A stretch of 64,000 bases of DNA from Chiloscyllium plagiosum (Eukaryota), in contig NC_057711.1 in NCBI RefSeq assembly GCF_004010195.1, positions 69,640,796-69,704,795 of the forward strand, written 5' to 3'. Every line of letters starts with the position of its first letter. Positions within the stretch are counted from its first letter, which is position 1. Both the position numbers and the translations under genes were made by a program. The notes below the pieces were generated by a model. It was not told where the DNA came from. It did no database searches and worked only from the letters and a program-made list of their open reading frames with translations. This document shows, in pieces, positions 26,860 to 39,557 of this stretch.

Positions 26860-27490
26860 TTATTGGCTATTAATGGTTGCCCTTGAGAAGGTAGTGGTGA
26901 GCTGCTTCCTTGAGCTGCTGCAGTCATTTGGCAGATAAAGATTCATAGTACCATTAGGGAGAGATTTCAGGATTTTAACCCAGTGATACTGAAGGAACAG
27001 CAATATATTTCCAAGTCAGGATGGTGAGTGGCTTGGAGGGGAACTTGCAATTAGTGATATTCCAAGATTCTGCTGTCATTGTACTTCCAGATGGTGGTGG
27101 TCATGGACTTTGACTGTCTATGTAGCACTGATAACTTTCTGCAGTGCACCTTGTAGATTATACACACTGCTAGTATTTGGTGTCAGTGGTGGAAGGAGTG
27201 GATGTTTATGGATATGATGCCAATCAAGTGGGCTGCTTTATCCTGGGCAGAGTCAAACTTCTTGAGTGTTGTTGAGCTGCTGTCATGCAGGCAAGTGGGG
27301 AATATTCCTGACTCCTGACTTGTGCCTTTTGGATATGGATGTGCTTTGGGAAGTTAGTTGATGACTTATTTGCTGCATTCTTAACTTCTGAACAGCTCAA
27401 ATTATTTACCTGGCTAGTTCTGTTCAGTTGCTGGTTTCTGGGAACCCTATAATGTTGACAGTGGCAGTTCAATGATTGTAATGCCATTGA
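26860..27490 (-). mobile_element. CR1/L2-type LINE 3' fragment (second family)
   Basis: KAQVRS.EYSPLACM remnant and the shared 3' tail. Confidence 0.65.
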
Positions 27491-27816
27491 ACATCAAGAG
27501 CAACATGAACTCATAAATTACAGTCCCCTCAGATGCACAGGAGGGCCAGATTGTCTATTGTTCTTGATGCTATTTTTTTCAGATGACTGAGGGATGTTGT
27601 TGCTGCAGGCTGCACATATCCCAGAACACTACCACAGAACTATGCCACCTGCTGGTAATGGTGGTGGAGTGGATGTGGTGCCAATCAAGCAGACTGCTGT
27701 GTCTTGGATAGTATCAACTTTCTTGAACTGAATGCACCACTCTAGTTCAGAAGAACAGTCATATTAAATTTAGAAATGTTAATTTGGTTTCTCTCTCTAT
27801 AGATGATGACAAACCT

Positions 27817-28029
27817 GGAGAAAGTGAGGACTGCAGTTGCTGGAGATCAGAGTCAAAAGGTATGGTGCTGGAAAAGCACAGCCAGTCAGTCAGCATCCAA
27901 GGAGCAGGAGAGTTGACATTTCGAGCATGCGCCCATTCCTGATGAAGAGCTTATGCTCGAAATGTCAACTCTCCTGCTCCTCGGATGCTGCCTGACTGGC
28001 TGTGCTTTTCCAACTCCACACTTTTGACT
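27817..28029. mobile_element. Fold-back Penelope-derived mini-element with a hammerhead core
   Basis: Arms 27851-27928 / 27953-28029; perfect 14-bp TSD ATGATGACAAACCT (27803-27816, 28030-28043); CTGATGA-A-GAGC-TTAT-GCTC-GAAA at 27939-27962. Confidence 0.88.
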
Positions 28030-28642
28030 ATGATGACAAACCTCTGAATTTGTCCAGCACTTTCTGCTTTTATCATAGCACATTAGATGTGGTTTATCAA
28101 GGCCAATGTACTTTGAAAGCATAACTTTAACCCATATGTATTCTAGAGGTGAATTTTCATTTTTGCAGTTAAGTCGGAATTGCATCAAGTTTTTGGATGG
28201 ATATTCACTCAGAAGCCTGGTAGGTTTTATGGTCATATTCACCAAATGCACCACATGAAGCCCCTACCATAGCCTATGGTGTATCTCCCAGGACACTTGA
28301 TTGCTGCCACCCACACCAAAGACTTGGGATAGGGAGTCAGGCAACCTTGACCAACTCCAGAAATCTACACCTCACAAGAGTACAGATGGCGCCAGGAAGC
28401 GTCAAGCTCGAGGTGAAACCACACACACAAGCAGACACAACCACTTGCAGTTTCCAGTCAGGAACCTGAAGAGGTGGTCAGGCTCTCCACCTCCACCCTG
28501 TCTGACCCCTCCAAACCCCAGACATTCATGCTGAGGAGTTTCAACTTGCCTCTGCCACAAAACCCCCCGGCATTTGTGTCCCCTCAAGACAAGCACCCTT
28601 GCCTGCTATTTCTCCAGAGTTGATAGGCTGTACAGCCGAGTA

Positions 28643-28769
28643 GGCGAAAGTGAAGACTGCAGATGCTGGAGATTAGAGTCGAGAGTGTGGTACTAGAAAA
28701 GCACAGCAGCCAGGCAGTATCCGAGGAGCAGGAGAATCGATGTTTTGGGCAAAAACCCTTCATCAGGAA
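28643..28769 (-). mobile_element. Penelope-like tail-only insertion
   Basis: Starts TTCCTGATGAAGGG on the minus strand; TSD ACAGCC(G/A)AGTA at 28632-28642 and 28770-28780. Confidence 0.8.
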
Positions 28770-29149
28770 ACAGCCAAGTAAGCTACCTCTAACACGGCAG
28801 CAGAACCGGGGTTTACACTAAGAGATAGTGGGAGGAAGAGAAAGAAAACATATTGAGGCCACTTTGGTTACATGGGTGGCTCTCAGCTTATGTATAAATG
28901 TTTGCCCTTTAACTTTACATGTAGCTGTTAGTCTCTTCATGGAGGCCCAGAAACCAATGTTACATCTTTTGGCATCAATTGATGGCCACAGATGAGGCTG
29001 AGCAGATAGAGGTCAGCACTTCAGAGCTGACTGCATCATCTGGAATCTGGGGAATCAATCCATCCAAATGGCTTCAGGCCACGCTGAGACCTTTGGTCCT
29101 TTTTGTCCAATTTCTTTAATGTTTACTGCCCTCTGGGGATCCTCTTGGA

Positions 29150-31679
29150 AGGAACGATCACAGTATGGTTGAATTTAGAATACAGATGGAGAGTATAAAG
29201 ATAAAATCCAATACCAAGGTCCTGGCTTGAACAAGGAGGACTACAATAGCATGAGGGAGAAATTGGCTAAAGTAGATTGGAAACAAAGATTTTAAGATGG
29301 GACAGTTGATGAGCAATGGCGGACTTTGAAAAATTGCTTTGAAAGTGCTCAGCAAAAGTATATTCCAGTGAAAAGGAAGGACTGTAAGAAAAGGGGTAAT
29401 CTGCCATGGATGTCTAAGGAAATAAAGGAGGCTATCAAATTGAAAGAGAAGGCAAACAAAGTGGCCAAAAACAGCATGAAACGAGAAGATTGGGAAAACT
29501 TTAAAGGTCAACAGAAAGCCACAAAAAGAACTATAAAGAAAAGTAAGATAGAACATGAGAAAAACTAGCACAGAATATAAAAGCAGATACAAACGTTTCT
29601 ATAAATATATTAAATTAAAAAGAATGGCTAAAGTAAGCGTAGGCTCTTTAAAGGATGAGAGGGGAATTTAGTTATGAGATATGATGAAATGGCTGAGGCC
29701 ATTGAACAGGTATTTTGCATCAGTCTTCACAGTGGAGGACACTAATAACATGAGAATAATTGACAAAGATAAAGGTAGGTGAGGACCTGGAAACAATCAT
29801 TAATACGGAAGAGGTAGTTTTGGGCTAGCTAATGAAGCTCAGGATTGATAGGTCTCCTGGCCCTGATGGAATGCATCCCTGGGTACAAAAAAAGAGATGG
29901 TGGGAGAAATAGCAGGTGGACTGATGGTAATTTTCCAAAATTTGCTTGATTCTGGGGCAGTCCCAGCAGATTGGAAAACAGCAAATGTGTCACCACTGTT
30001 TAAAAAGTGAGGTCGACAAAAGATGGGGAGTTATAGACCGGTTAGCTTAACCTCTGTAGTGGGGAAGATGCTTGAGTCTATTATCAAGGAAGAGATAGCA
30101 AGGCATCTCAATAGAAATTGTCCCGTAGGGCAGACGCAGCATGGGTTCATGAAGGGCAAAATGTTCTTATAAAAACATATAAAATTATGAAGGGAACAGA
30201 TAAGATAGAAGTAGAGAGCATGTTTCCACTGGCAGGTGAAGCTAGGACAAGAGGGCATAGCCTCAAGATTAGAGGGAGCATATTTAGGACTGAATTGAGA
30301 AGGAACTTCTTCACCCAGAGGGATGTTAATCTATGGAATTCCTTGCCCAGTGAAATAGCTGACACTACTTCAGTAAACATTTTTAAAACTAAGGAAGATT
30401 TTGTTTTTGAACGTTGACAAAATTTTTTGGAATTCTATGAAGAAATTACGAGAAAGGTGGACAATTTGAACCTAGTGGATGTGATGTACCTAGATTTCCA
30501 AAAGGCCTTTGACAAGGTGCTGCACACGAGGCTCCTGCATAAGATGAGGATTCATGGAGTTAGGGGTAAAGTATTAGCATGGATACAGGATTGGTTGACT
30601 AATAGGAAGCAAAGTGTGGTGATAAATGAGTGCTATTCTGGCTGGCAATCAGTGACTAGTAGTGTGCCTCAGGGATCAGTGTTGGTACTGCAGTTATTTA
30701 CAATTTATATAGATGATTTGGAGTTGGGGACCATGTGTAGGGTGTCAAAGTTTGCAGATGACACTAAGATGAGTGGCAGAGCAAAGTGTGCAGAGGACTG
30801 TAAAACTTTGCAGAGGAGCATTAATATATTGAGTGATCAAGGTCTGGCAGATGGAATACAATGTTAATAAATGTGAAGTCATACATTTCAGTATGAGTAA
30901 CAGTAAAAAGAATTATTACTTGAATGGTAAAATGTTGCAGCATGCTGCTATGCAGAGGGACCTGAGTGTCCTTGTGCATGAATCATGGAGGGTTGGTCTG
31001 CAGGTACAACAAGTAATTAGAAAGGCAAATGGAATTTTGTCCTTCATTGCTAAAAGGATTGAGTTTAAAAGCAGAGAGGTTATGTTGCAGCTGTACAGGG
31101 CGCTGGTAAGGCCACATTTGAAGTACTGTTTGCAGTTTTGGTCTCCTTACTTGAGAAAGGATATACAGGCACCTGGAGGGGGTGCAGAGGAGGTTCACTT
31201 GGTTGATTCTAGAGTTGAGGGGGTTGGCTTATGAGGACAGGCTGAGTAGATTGGGATTATATTCATTAGAATTCAGAAGATTGAGGGGGTGTCTTATCAA
31301 AACATACAAAATTATGAAGGGAATAGATAAGATAGAAGTAGAGAGGACATTTCCACTGGCAGGTGAAGCTAGGACAAGAGGGCATAGCCTCAAGATTAGA
31401 GGGAGCAGATTTAGGACTAAATTGAGAAGGAACTTCTTCACCCAGAGGGTTGTTAATCTATGGAATTCCATGTCCAGTGAAATAGCTGACACTACTTCAG
31501 TAAACATTTTTAAAACTAAGGGAGTTTTTTTTTGAATAATAAATGAATTAAGGGAAACGATGAGAGCACGAGTAACTGGAGCTGAGGCCACGTAAACTTC
31601 GGCCAGGATCTTATTGAATGGCGGTGCAAGCTTGAAGGGCTGGATGGCCTACTCCTGCTCCTGGTTCTTATGTTCTTAT
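29150..31679 (+). mobile_element. CR1 LINE, ORF2 (endonuclease end to 3' tail), decayed
   Basis: DHSMVEF; YRPVSLTSVVGKMLE; LDFQKAFDKV..KFADDTK; RALVRPHLKYC; TTCTTATG tail. Confidence 0.95.
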
Positions 31680-31765
31680 ATGGGTCTTGCTGTCAATGAG
31701 ATGATCAATGTCTGTGTCAGGGAAGTGTAACAGACAGAGTGGGTCAAGGTTGTCGGGTGACCAGT

Positions 31766-31990
31766 GGAGTTCAGCAGTTTCCTCATTTCCCCTCCCCCAC
31801 CACCTTACCCCAGCTCCAACCTGCCAGCTCAGCACCATCCTCATGACCTGTCCTACCTGCCAATCTTCCTTCCCACCTATCCGCTCCACCCTCCTCTCTG
31901 ACCTATCGGCTTTTGCCCGAAACATCAATTTTCCTGCTCCTTGGATGCTGCCTGACCTGCTGCGCTTTCCCAGCACTACACTAATCTTGA
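31766..31990 (+). mobile_element. Penelope-like 3' fragment with an internal deletion
   Basis: CAGTTTCCTCATTTCCCCTCCCCC joined to GGCTTTTGCCCGAAAC and the family tail; compare 45330-45645. Confidence 0.75.
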
Positions 31991-34900
31991 GTGGGTAACA
32001 TGTGTCCACTGCATGGGTCTATGACCAATGTTCTTTCCTTTCAAAAGCTCCATGTTCAAAGATTGCTGTAGCCTCTCCCTCAAAGGAGGAGTCATTTACC
32101 CCTCCCAGAATGTGGCCTTTTTCTTCCCCATTGGACAGTTTTGGTATGCAATGTGATGGAAGGAAACAGTGACTTTTCCTCTGCAAGTGGCTGCTAGCAT
32201 CAGCCTGAACATACTGGTGATCATCCAAACATCCACATCCTGTTCCTGGTAGCCAATCCCATTAAATCCCACTGAATTCATGTGTCCTCAAACCCCTACC
32301 CAACCTGTCTGCATCCACCTACATTTTGGCTACCTTTTCCCACTCAGCCCTGGCGTACAAGATAATGCCCAGGGTGGTCACATATTGCCCCCCCCCCCCC
32401 AAATCCTGATGCCAGGATACTCCTGATCATGGACAACCCTCACTCCTGCCTTGCCCCTTCCCAATCTGCTTTACTGCATTCCCCTTGCAGGTCCTGCAGC
32501 CCCTGTTCAAAATTGTATTGCACCCTTTCAGACAGCCTTAAGTAAGCCATAGTAACCTGTGGAGGTTCAGTCTAGTGGTGAATGGCCATCTTTTCCACCT
32601 TTACCCGTCCCTCTTTCCCCTTATTTTCTGTGGACTGGCCAAACCGATTGACTGTCGTCACTGACATGACAGGACAGCCATAGACAAGACATGCTCAGAC
32701 CCTTGCTGGTGTCTATACAGCTCCCCAACCACCTTGTCCCTACCTGTCCCTACCACCATCCACACTCCAGAATGAATAATGCTGTAAATGCAGGCAATTG
32801 GCAATCTCCTTGATTGCAATCGCAGCTGAAGATGTTGGCTTAGGTGAAACAGCAACTAATGCCTAACACATTTACCTCATTACTTGCTGGAACTGTTGGG
32901 TAAAATGTTAATACATCATTATCATGGTCTATGTCTCTGAAATTCTAGTTGCTAAAATTTTCCTTTGCTGCTATTGAAGCAAAAGGCTGACTGTAAGCCA
33001 TTCCCTCGACAGAGACACTGACCCCTGAACCGATAACTCCCACCTACCCATCTGACTGTAGCCAAACCACTGGATTGGTATTGGAGGCTGCCCTTGATTT
33101 ACTGAGCCAGGACCCCCTGACTGACAGATGCCTCCATGGACTTCAGTGAGACCACTCTGCAAAGATTTCAAAACATGGCTGCCTGTTTACTGTTGTGTAT
33201 GCTGCTACCACACAATGCAGGTGTGAGATTGATGTAGCACAGTGTCATTCAACATGATGTATGCCCTCTAGACTGAGGACAGCAGTCCTGAGATGCAGCT
33301 TAGTCCAGTTGGTGAGCTGGACACAAAGTATCCCCATTGCAGTCTTTCATTTGCCATTGTAACCTTCCACATATGTTTCAGCTTCCAGAGTGCACTGCCA
33401 GGATATTGGAGTGGTGCCAGGATGGTCGTTGTATGTTGCCAATGCCACATGCAGCTGGCGCTGGTGGGTTACAGTTTGGTCTTGGGAACATGGAGGTTAT
33501 TCAGAACAAATCAGCAAGCTGAATTCATCAGGAATATGCTCTGGTTTCCAGGTTGGGGTTCTCATGATGTCTAACTTGTTTGGCGAGTCTGGTAAGATAG
33601 AAGGCTGGATATTAATGCAATGAGTTTTGTCTTCAAAGCGATGTTGAACAAGCAATAATCACTTGGAAGTTCAATGATAGTTATGCCATTGAATGTCAAG
33701 AGGCAACGTGAACTCATAGCTTACAGTCCCCTCAGATACACAAGAGGGCCAGATTGTCTATTGTCCTTGATGCTATTTTTTTCAGCTGACTGAGGTAGGG
33801 TGCTGGTGGCTGCACTTATCCCAGAATACCACCACAAAACTATGCCACCTGCTGGTGATGGTGGAAGGGGTGTCTGCCTGTGTGTGTGGTTTCACCTCAA
33901 GCTTGATGCATCCTAGCACTATCCTGTACTCTTGTGAAGTGTAGATTCCTGGAGTTTGTCAAGATTGTCTGACTCCCTGTCCCAAGACTTTGGTGTGGGT
34001 GGGGGAAATAGCTATGGGAGGGATTTAATGTGGTGCGTTTGGTAAATATGACCATACAATCTACCAGGCTTCTTAGTGAATATCCATCCAAAAAAACTCG
34101 ATGCAATTCCAACTTAACCTTACAAATGAAGATTCACCCCTAGGATACACATGGGTCGAAGTTATGCTTTCAAAGTGCATTGGCCTAGATAAACCACATC
34201 TCACGTATGATGATAATTGATACTATTGTCAAGGGACAGTCATGTCACGCTGCTTGTGAAAAACACAAAAGATGGTACAAGTAGCTCCCAACAGCTAGAT
34301 CAGTCTTGCCAGGTTTCTCATCCAATTCTGCGACACATCCCACCGTACTCCTTGTTGCTCAGACTCCCATAAAATTCTGCCCCCTCATATTTGGAACAAT
34401 TAGCCCAGCATTCAATTATAACCTTTACTTCTTCAAATTTCTATTGGTCTATGACATGGATACCTCCACTTCTTTGAACCGATATCATTCTTCAGCTTTT
34501 AACAGTTGAAAATTTTTCTGATCCACTCTTTTTATCTGCAAAATGAATGACTTCACACTTGCCACCATTGAAATCCATGTAACTTAGATTTACTCTGCTT
34601 CCAGTCTCTTACCGGTCAGCTTTCCAAGTAAAACTTTAATATTCCATTGATTCCATTCTGAAAGTCAGTATAAATAACTTCTTTAGATACTTCAAAATCT
34701 ACTATTTTGATCACTTCTTCAAAAACCAATTCAGTATTTTCAAGCAGGAGCTACCGTTTACAAATCTGTGGTGGTTCAGCTAAAAATATTTAATGTATTC
34801 AGATATTCTACTCCTATTTTTAAGAGTTCAGTAATTTCCCCCAATGGATAGATTATCTACACTTCCACAGTTTCTCTCTTTTACCTTGCTTAAATATCAG

Positions 34901-35339
34901 ACTGAGAATGGGCATTTTCCAATCTAGAAAAAACCATCCCTGAATTGAGAAGAATCCACAACATCATATATTCTGCAGTTAATGGCTAGACCAATGCTGT
35001 TTCAAATAATACACTTTATCTGGTAGTAACATTACTCAGTTTCAAAATCATGTTCTCCTTATTATCTCTGATACAGGCACCAACAACTTGATGGCATAAG
35101 TGAACAAAAAGAAGAACAGTATTACAGAAGTAAACAGAACATGTCCAAATGAACAACAGATTTCCTGTTTACAGAGTATGTTTCAAAATGAGGAATTTAC
35201 ATGTATCTAAGTTATGTTTAATTTTTATCTTCACACTATTTCTTTGAAACCACAGAATAAATAAATTCTAAATATCCACCTTGTGCTTTTCAAAGAGTTT
35301 CCTGATGGAAGAGAGTAATTACTATGTTTTTTTTCCGTC

Positions 35340-35720
35340 CTTATGAGATATAGGCATACTGATAAAGCCAGAATTTGTTCCCCATTCTAGTTGCTCTTAA
35401 ATGAAATGGCTTGTTGGGCTATTTCACAGGACAGTTAAGCGTGAACCACATTGCTCCAGCTCTGCGGTCATGTGGGCCAACCAGGGTAAGATGACAAAGT
35501 TCCTTTCCTAAAGGTAATTTATGAACCAGCTGGGAATTTACAACAATTGATGACAATTCTATGATTACCAGCATGAGACCGGCTTCTGTTCCCAAATTCA
35601 TTAGCTGAAATTAAATTCCACCAGTTGCTGAACTTGGATTTGAACTCTTATCTTCAGAGCACTAGCTTAAACCTTTGAGTTATGAAGCCAGTGACATTAC
35701 AATTATTGCTACTATCACCT
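35340..35720 (-). mobile_element. SacSINE1/Deu-like SINE
   Basis: Body shared with the 9485 and 26150 copies. Confidence 0.6.
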
Positions 35721-35769
35721 GACTTGTCGAGTAATGCTGGGTATTTGACTCTTTGCAAGACTGTGAATA

Positions 35770-35985
35770 TTAACTCAATTGGCTGGCTAAGCTGATTTAC
35801 AACGCAGAGTGATGCCAACAGCACATGTTAAATTCCCTCACCCGAGGAGGGTAACATGGAGGTTCTGTCTTCTCAACTTCACCCTTTGCCTGACGTGTTG
35901 TGACCTGTAGATTAAACTCGCAAGTAGTTGCCACTGTCTAATGAGAGGAGCCCTATGGTCCTCTGGGATAATGGTGACTTCACTA
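35770..35985 (+). mobile_element. tRNA-headed SINE of another family, decayed
   Basis: A-box-like TAACTCAATTGG; 3' part CTAATGAGAGGAGCCCTATGGTC matches an inverted copy at about 57055-57190. Confidence 0.55.
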
Positions 35986-36349
35986 CATTATTGCCACTTG
36001 AATAAGTACTGACAAGAGTGGCCTTGTTTTGGTGTGATTTATGCTATCCATTCCGACTCTTCTATGACAATCAACCTTGGACGCCAACAAAGGGACAATT
36101 AAAACCAGGGACTATCACCCCAGCAGTCCAGAAGTTGTTCAAAAAGGGTGTTCTGCCTTCTTTTCTCAGTTTTACCAAACTTTTCTTGCTAATTATTCCA
36201 TTTAAAGGTCCTGCTGAAAACTGCAAATAATTACTTTCATGATATGCATTTCTTTCTAGATGTTAGAAAGCTGGAAGCATTTTAATGATCTGTCCAAAGG
36301 AGATCCTGACTGGTCAGAGGGAGGGACAGAAATTCTGGGCCATATCCAA

Positions 36350-37300
36350 TGGGTATTCAAACCTTAGGGAGTTAATACTTCCTGGTTTGATGAATCACTC
36401 AGATTACTCCTCTTTTTCATGGGGTTTAGTTGGGTGCAGTGGTAGTTAATAGGCAAAACCTTTGGGAAACGCAATGGAATTAAATCCAGGAAAGGGAGTT
36501 TTTCCGTTGGCCCAGTAATTGGCAAGATTCCTGAATGGATCGGAAAGGCTACCCAATCATGCTCATGTGGTGCTTGTCCAATTGTGAAACATGACACATG
36601 GGGCCTGTCCACTCATGTGGCAAACTGACCCTTTGCTACTCATGCCTTTCTGAAAATGATTCCTCTGGGGGTTGCAGACAGTTCCCTGAACATTGCCCTT
36701 CCACTTCCCACATATTTAACAGTGTTTGGATTTGTGAACACCTTAGTTGTGATGTCAGCCCTTTCACTGGCTGCTGCTTCTGGACTTAAAGTGTCATTCT
36801 TTGCCTCAGCACGTACCATCTGACCATGCCCCTCCAATCCATGCTCCACAGCTTGCAATGTTCCAAACTCTCTCAGATCACCCATGGAAAGCAGTTGCAA
36901 AATCGTTTTAGAAAAGAAAGGTGAATCAATTTCACTTCAACCCCACCAGTTTCCACTGGTCAGGAACCTGATGGACTGTGATCCTGACTCACCACTTGCT
37001 TAATCCTGAAAACCATGTTTAATTACGTTCATCAGTAAGCAAATGTCTTATAGTTTCACTCTTAACAATCTTAATTAGCTTCCAAGATGTTCAATCCAGC
37101 TCACCAATTCACTACAATTCCACTGGCCAGTTATAACATTGTTAAGCTTCTGACTTGCCCATTTCTGTACAACTCTATGGCTTCTTCCACCATAAATCTT
37201 GCTTCTGCAGATTACATTAAATACCACCCATAGCTTTTGCTCTCATGATCAATGTTCAGAAATGCACTGCTATTTCTTCCAGAATTCAAAATGTATTTCA
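36350..37300 (-). mobile_element. Possible Gypsy gag (PNMA-like) relic
   Basis: Broken frames ending in a zinc-knuckle-like HVSCFTIGQAPH; many stops. Confidence 0.3.
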
Positions 37301-37321
37301 AAACTGATATAACTTTGATCC

Positions 37322-37630
37322 GGGGCGGTACGGTAGCACAGTAGTTAGCACTGTTGCCTCACAGCACCAGAGACCTGAGTTCAATTCCCGCCTCAGGCAA
37401 CTGTCTGTGTGGAGTTTGCACATTCTGCGTGGGTTTCCTCTGGGTGCTCTGGTTTCCTCCCACAATACAAAAATGTGCAGGTTAGGTGAATTGGCCATGC
37501 TAAATTGCCCGTAGTGTTAGGTGAAGGGGTAAACGTAGGGGAATGGGTCTGGGTGGGTTACTCTTCGGAGGATCGGTGTGGACGTGTTGGGCTGAAGGGC
37601 CTGTTTCCACACTGTAAGTAATCTAATCTA
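37322..37630 (+). mobile_element. HE1-type SINE
   Basis: Colinear with 10310-10644; TAATCTAATCTA tail. Confidence 0.9.
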
Positions 37631-37784
37631 TTTTGTCAGCAAAAATCTGATCCTCAGATTAGAGCCACATGACATCTACTCCAAAATATTGCAGAATTTT
37701 GAAACCAATGTTTTTAATTTGACTATAACTTTGTAATTATTTCAATATTTAAGCATAAGATTTAGACATTAGCTGCCACTTCCA

Positions 37785-38617
37785 CTACCAGACACATATT
37801 CCCCTCCCCTCCCTTGTCAGCCTTCTGCAAGGACCATTCTATGTGGGACCCCCTGGTCCTATCCTCTTTCACTCCCAACACCTTTCCCTTCAACCACAGA
37901 ACATGTAACATCTGCCAATTTACATCTCCCCTCCTCAGTATTCAAGGGGCCCAAACATACCTTCCATTCAATCTAGACTACTGCATTTGCTGCTTATAAT
38001 GTGATCTCCTCCACATAGGAGAAGTGAAACATAAACTGGGTGACCACTTCACAGAACACCTACGCCTGTCCGAAAAAAAGACCCTGAGCTTCCAATTGCC
38101 TGCCACTTCTACACACCACTTTGTTCCCTGAGCAACACCTCCATCTCAGGATTGCTGCAGTACTCCAGCGAAGCACAGAACAAGCTGGAAAAACAGCACA
38201 TCATTTTTCATTTGGGAACTTTACTCAATAGAGTTCAATAATTTTAAGGATTGTGGCATCTTGTCCCATGTCCTTACCCTAATCCCCAAACAGCAATCCT
38301 GGTTATCACATGGTCTGCAATTACACACAACCCTTTGGATAGCCACTAATCATCACCATTCATTCTCCTAGGCTGACCATTATTCACTCCTTTGTCTATC
38401 TGTCTATCCAACTGTCCTTCTCGCTCTTTGGGCTCTATCTCCACCTTTCATTTACTCCTTACCCACAACTTATTTTCTGCACAAAAATCAACTTTTTCCC
38501 TGAGTTACTATCAGTTCTGAGGAAAGGTCACTCGACCCAAAACGCTAACTCTGATTTCTCTCCACAGACACTGCCAGACCTACTAAGCTCTTCTAGCAAT
38601 TTCTGTTTTTGTTTCAG
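37785..38617 (+). mobile_element. Penelope-like element 3' part (GIY-YIG and tail)
   Basis: LHIGEVKHKLGDHFTEHL; degenerate hammerhead AGTT-CTGAGGA..AAAACGCT-AACT from 38513. Confidence 0.8.
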
Positions 38618-39437
38618 TATCCAGGTGGTGTTGGCAATCTTGCCCTCACAAACAGTAAACCAATCAGAGACCAGCAGCTCTCCACTGTCAGGCTGTGTAG
38701 ACACTGCTGTGAGTAAAGCTCCTGGACTTACTCAGTGGCTGTCTGCTGGTCTCAGAGGGACAGATAGGTGGAGTTCAATGATGGTCCCAGGGAGGAATGT
38801 AGGGTCAGAGGCAAGTGCAAGAGATTGGCTTTCAGAGAAAAAAAAATCCCTCTTCCCACTCCATAATCTTTGATTGAATAGTGAGTGAATAATTCCTCCT
38901 ATGAGACCATAAGGTTTGCCTTGCAATCGTCAGGAACCACAAAAAAACCTACACAAGACTTGTTAAACCCCTGATCCATCATTACTTTCTGGTGGGCTTA
39001 AGGATAATTGGTATCAAGTGACTCATTGGTGAACCTGATTGCATCCTGCTGCCAGCAAGTGAGATTCCTGAATTGGGCCTTTCCTGCCCTCGACAGACTT
39101 CCCACACCAGAACCTGGACACAGTAACCCTGAGGGTGAAGAGTTATGTGGAGAAGGCAGAAGAATGGGGTTGAGACACATATGGGCCAAAATCGAATATT
39201 GGAGTAGATGCAATGGGCTGAATGGCTTAATTCTGCTCTTATATCTTTAGTCTGATTAAACCTAACCCCTTTGCTGCCATCATACCCATTCCAATGGACA
39301 CAATTCAGTTCTGCTCTATGGGCCTGAAGACCATTCCAAGCTTCTTCTGAATCATTCATACAACTATCTTATACTTGTACAGCAGCAAACACTCCAACCC
39401 TTTTTATGGAAACCTAAGTAATTTTTGAAGAACTTAC

Positions 39438-39557
39438 AACAATGGAGACATTAAAACATGGTCTCGACCCATTTGTGTCTCCTTCCAGTCAGACAGAGGA
39501 AGATGGAGGAAAGTATGCTCCTTTATCTCACAGTCTGCATTGAATTCATGTACAGTT
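39438..39557 (-). other. Candidate spliced exon (120 nt)
   Basis: ttttttttcagttttcag|A..GTT|gtaagt; one open frame, TVHEFNADCEIKEHTFLHLPLSDWKETQMGRDHVLMSPL. Confidence 0.35.

Noticed and set aside
32950..33560. PIF/Harbinger transposase remnant (RMVVVCC-like)
   Set aside because: Only a short weak resemblance; no catalytic motifs or TIRs found
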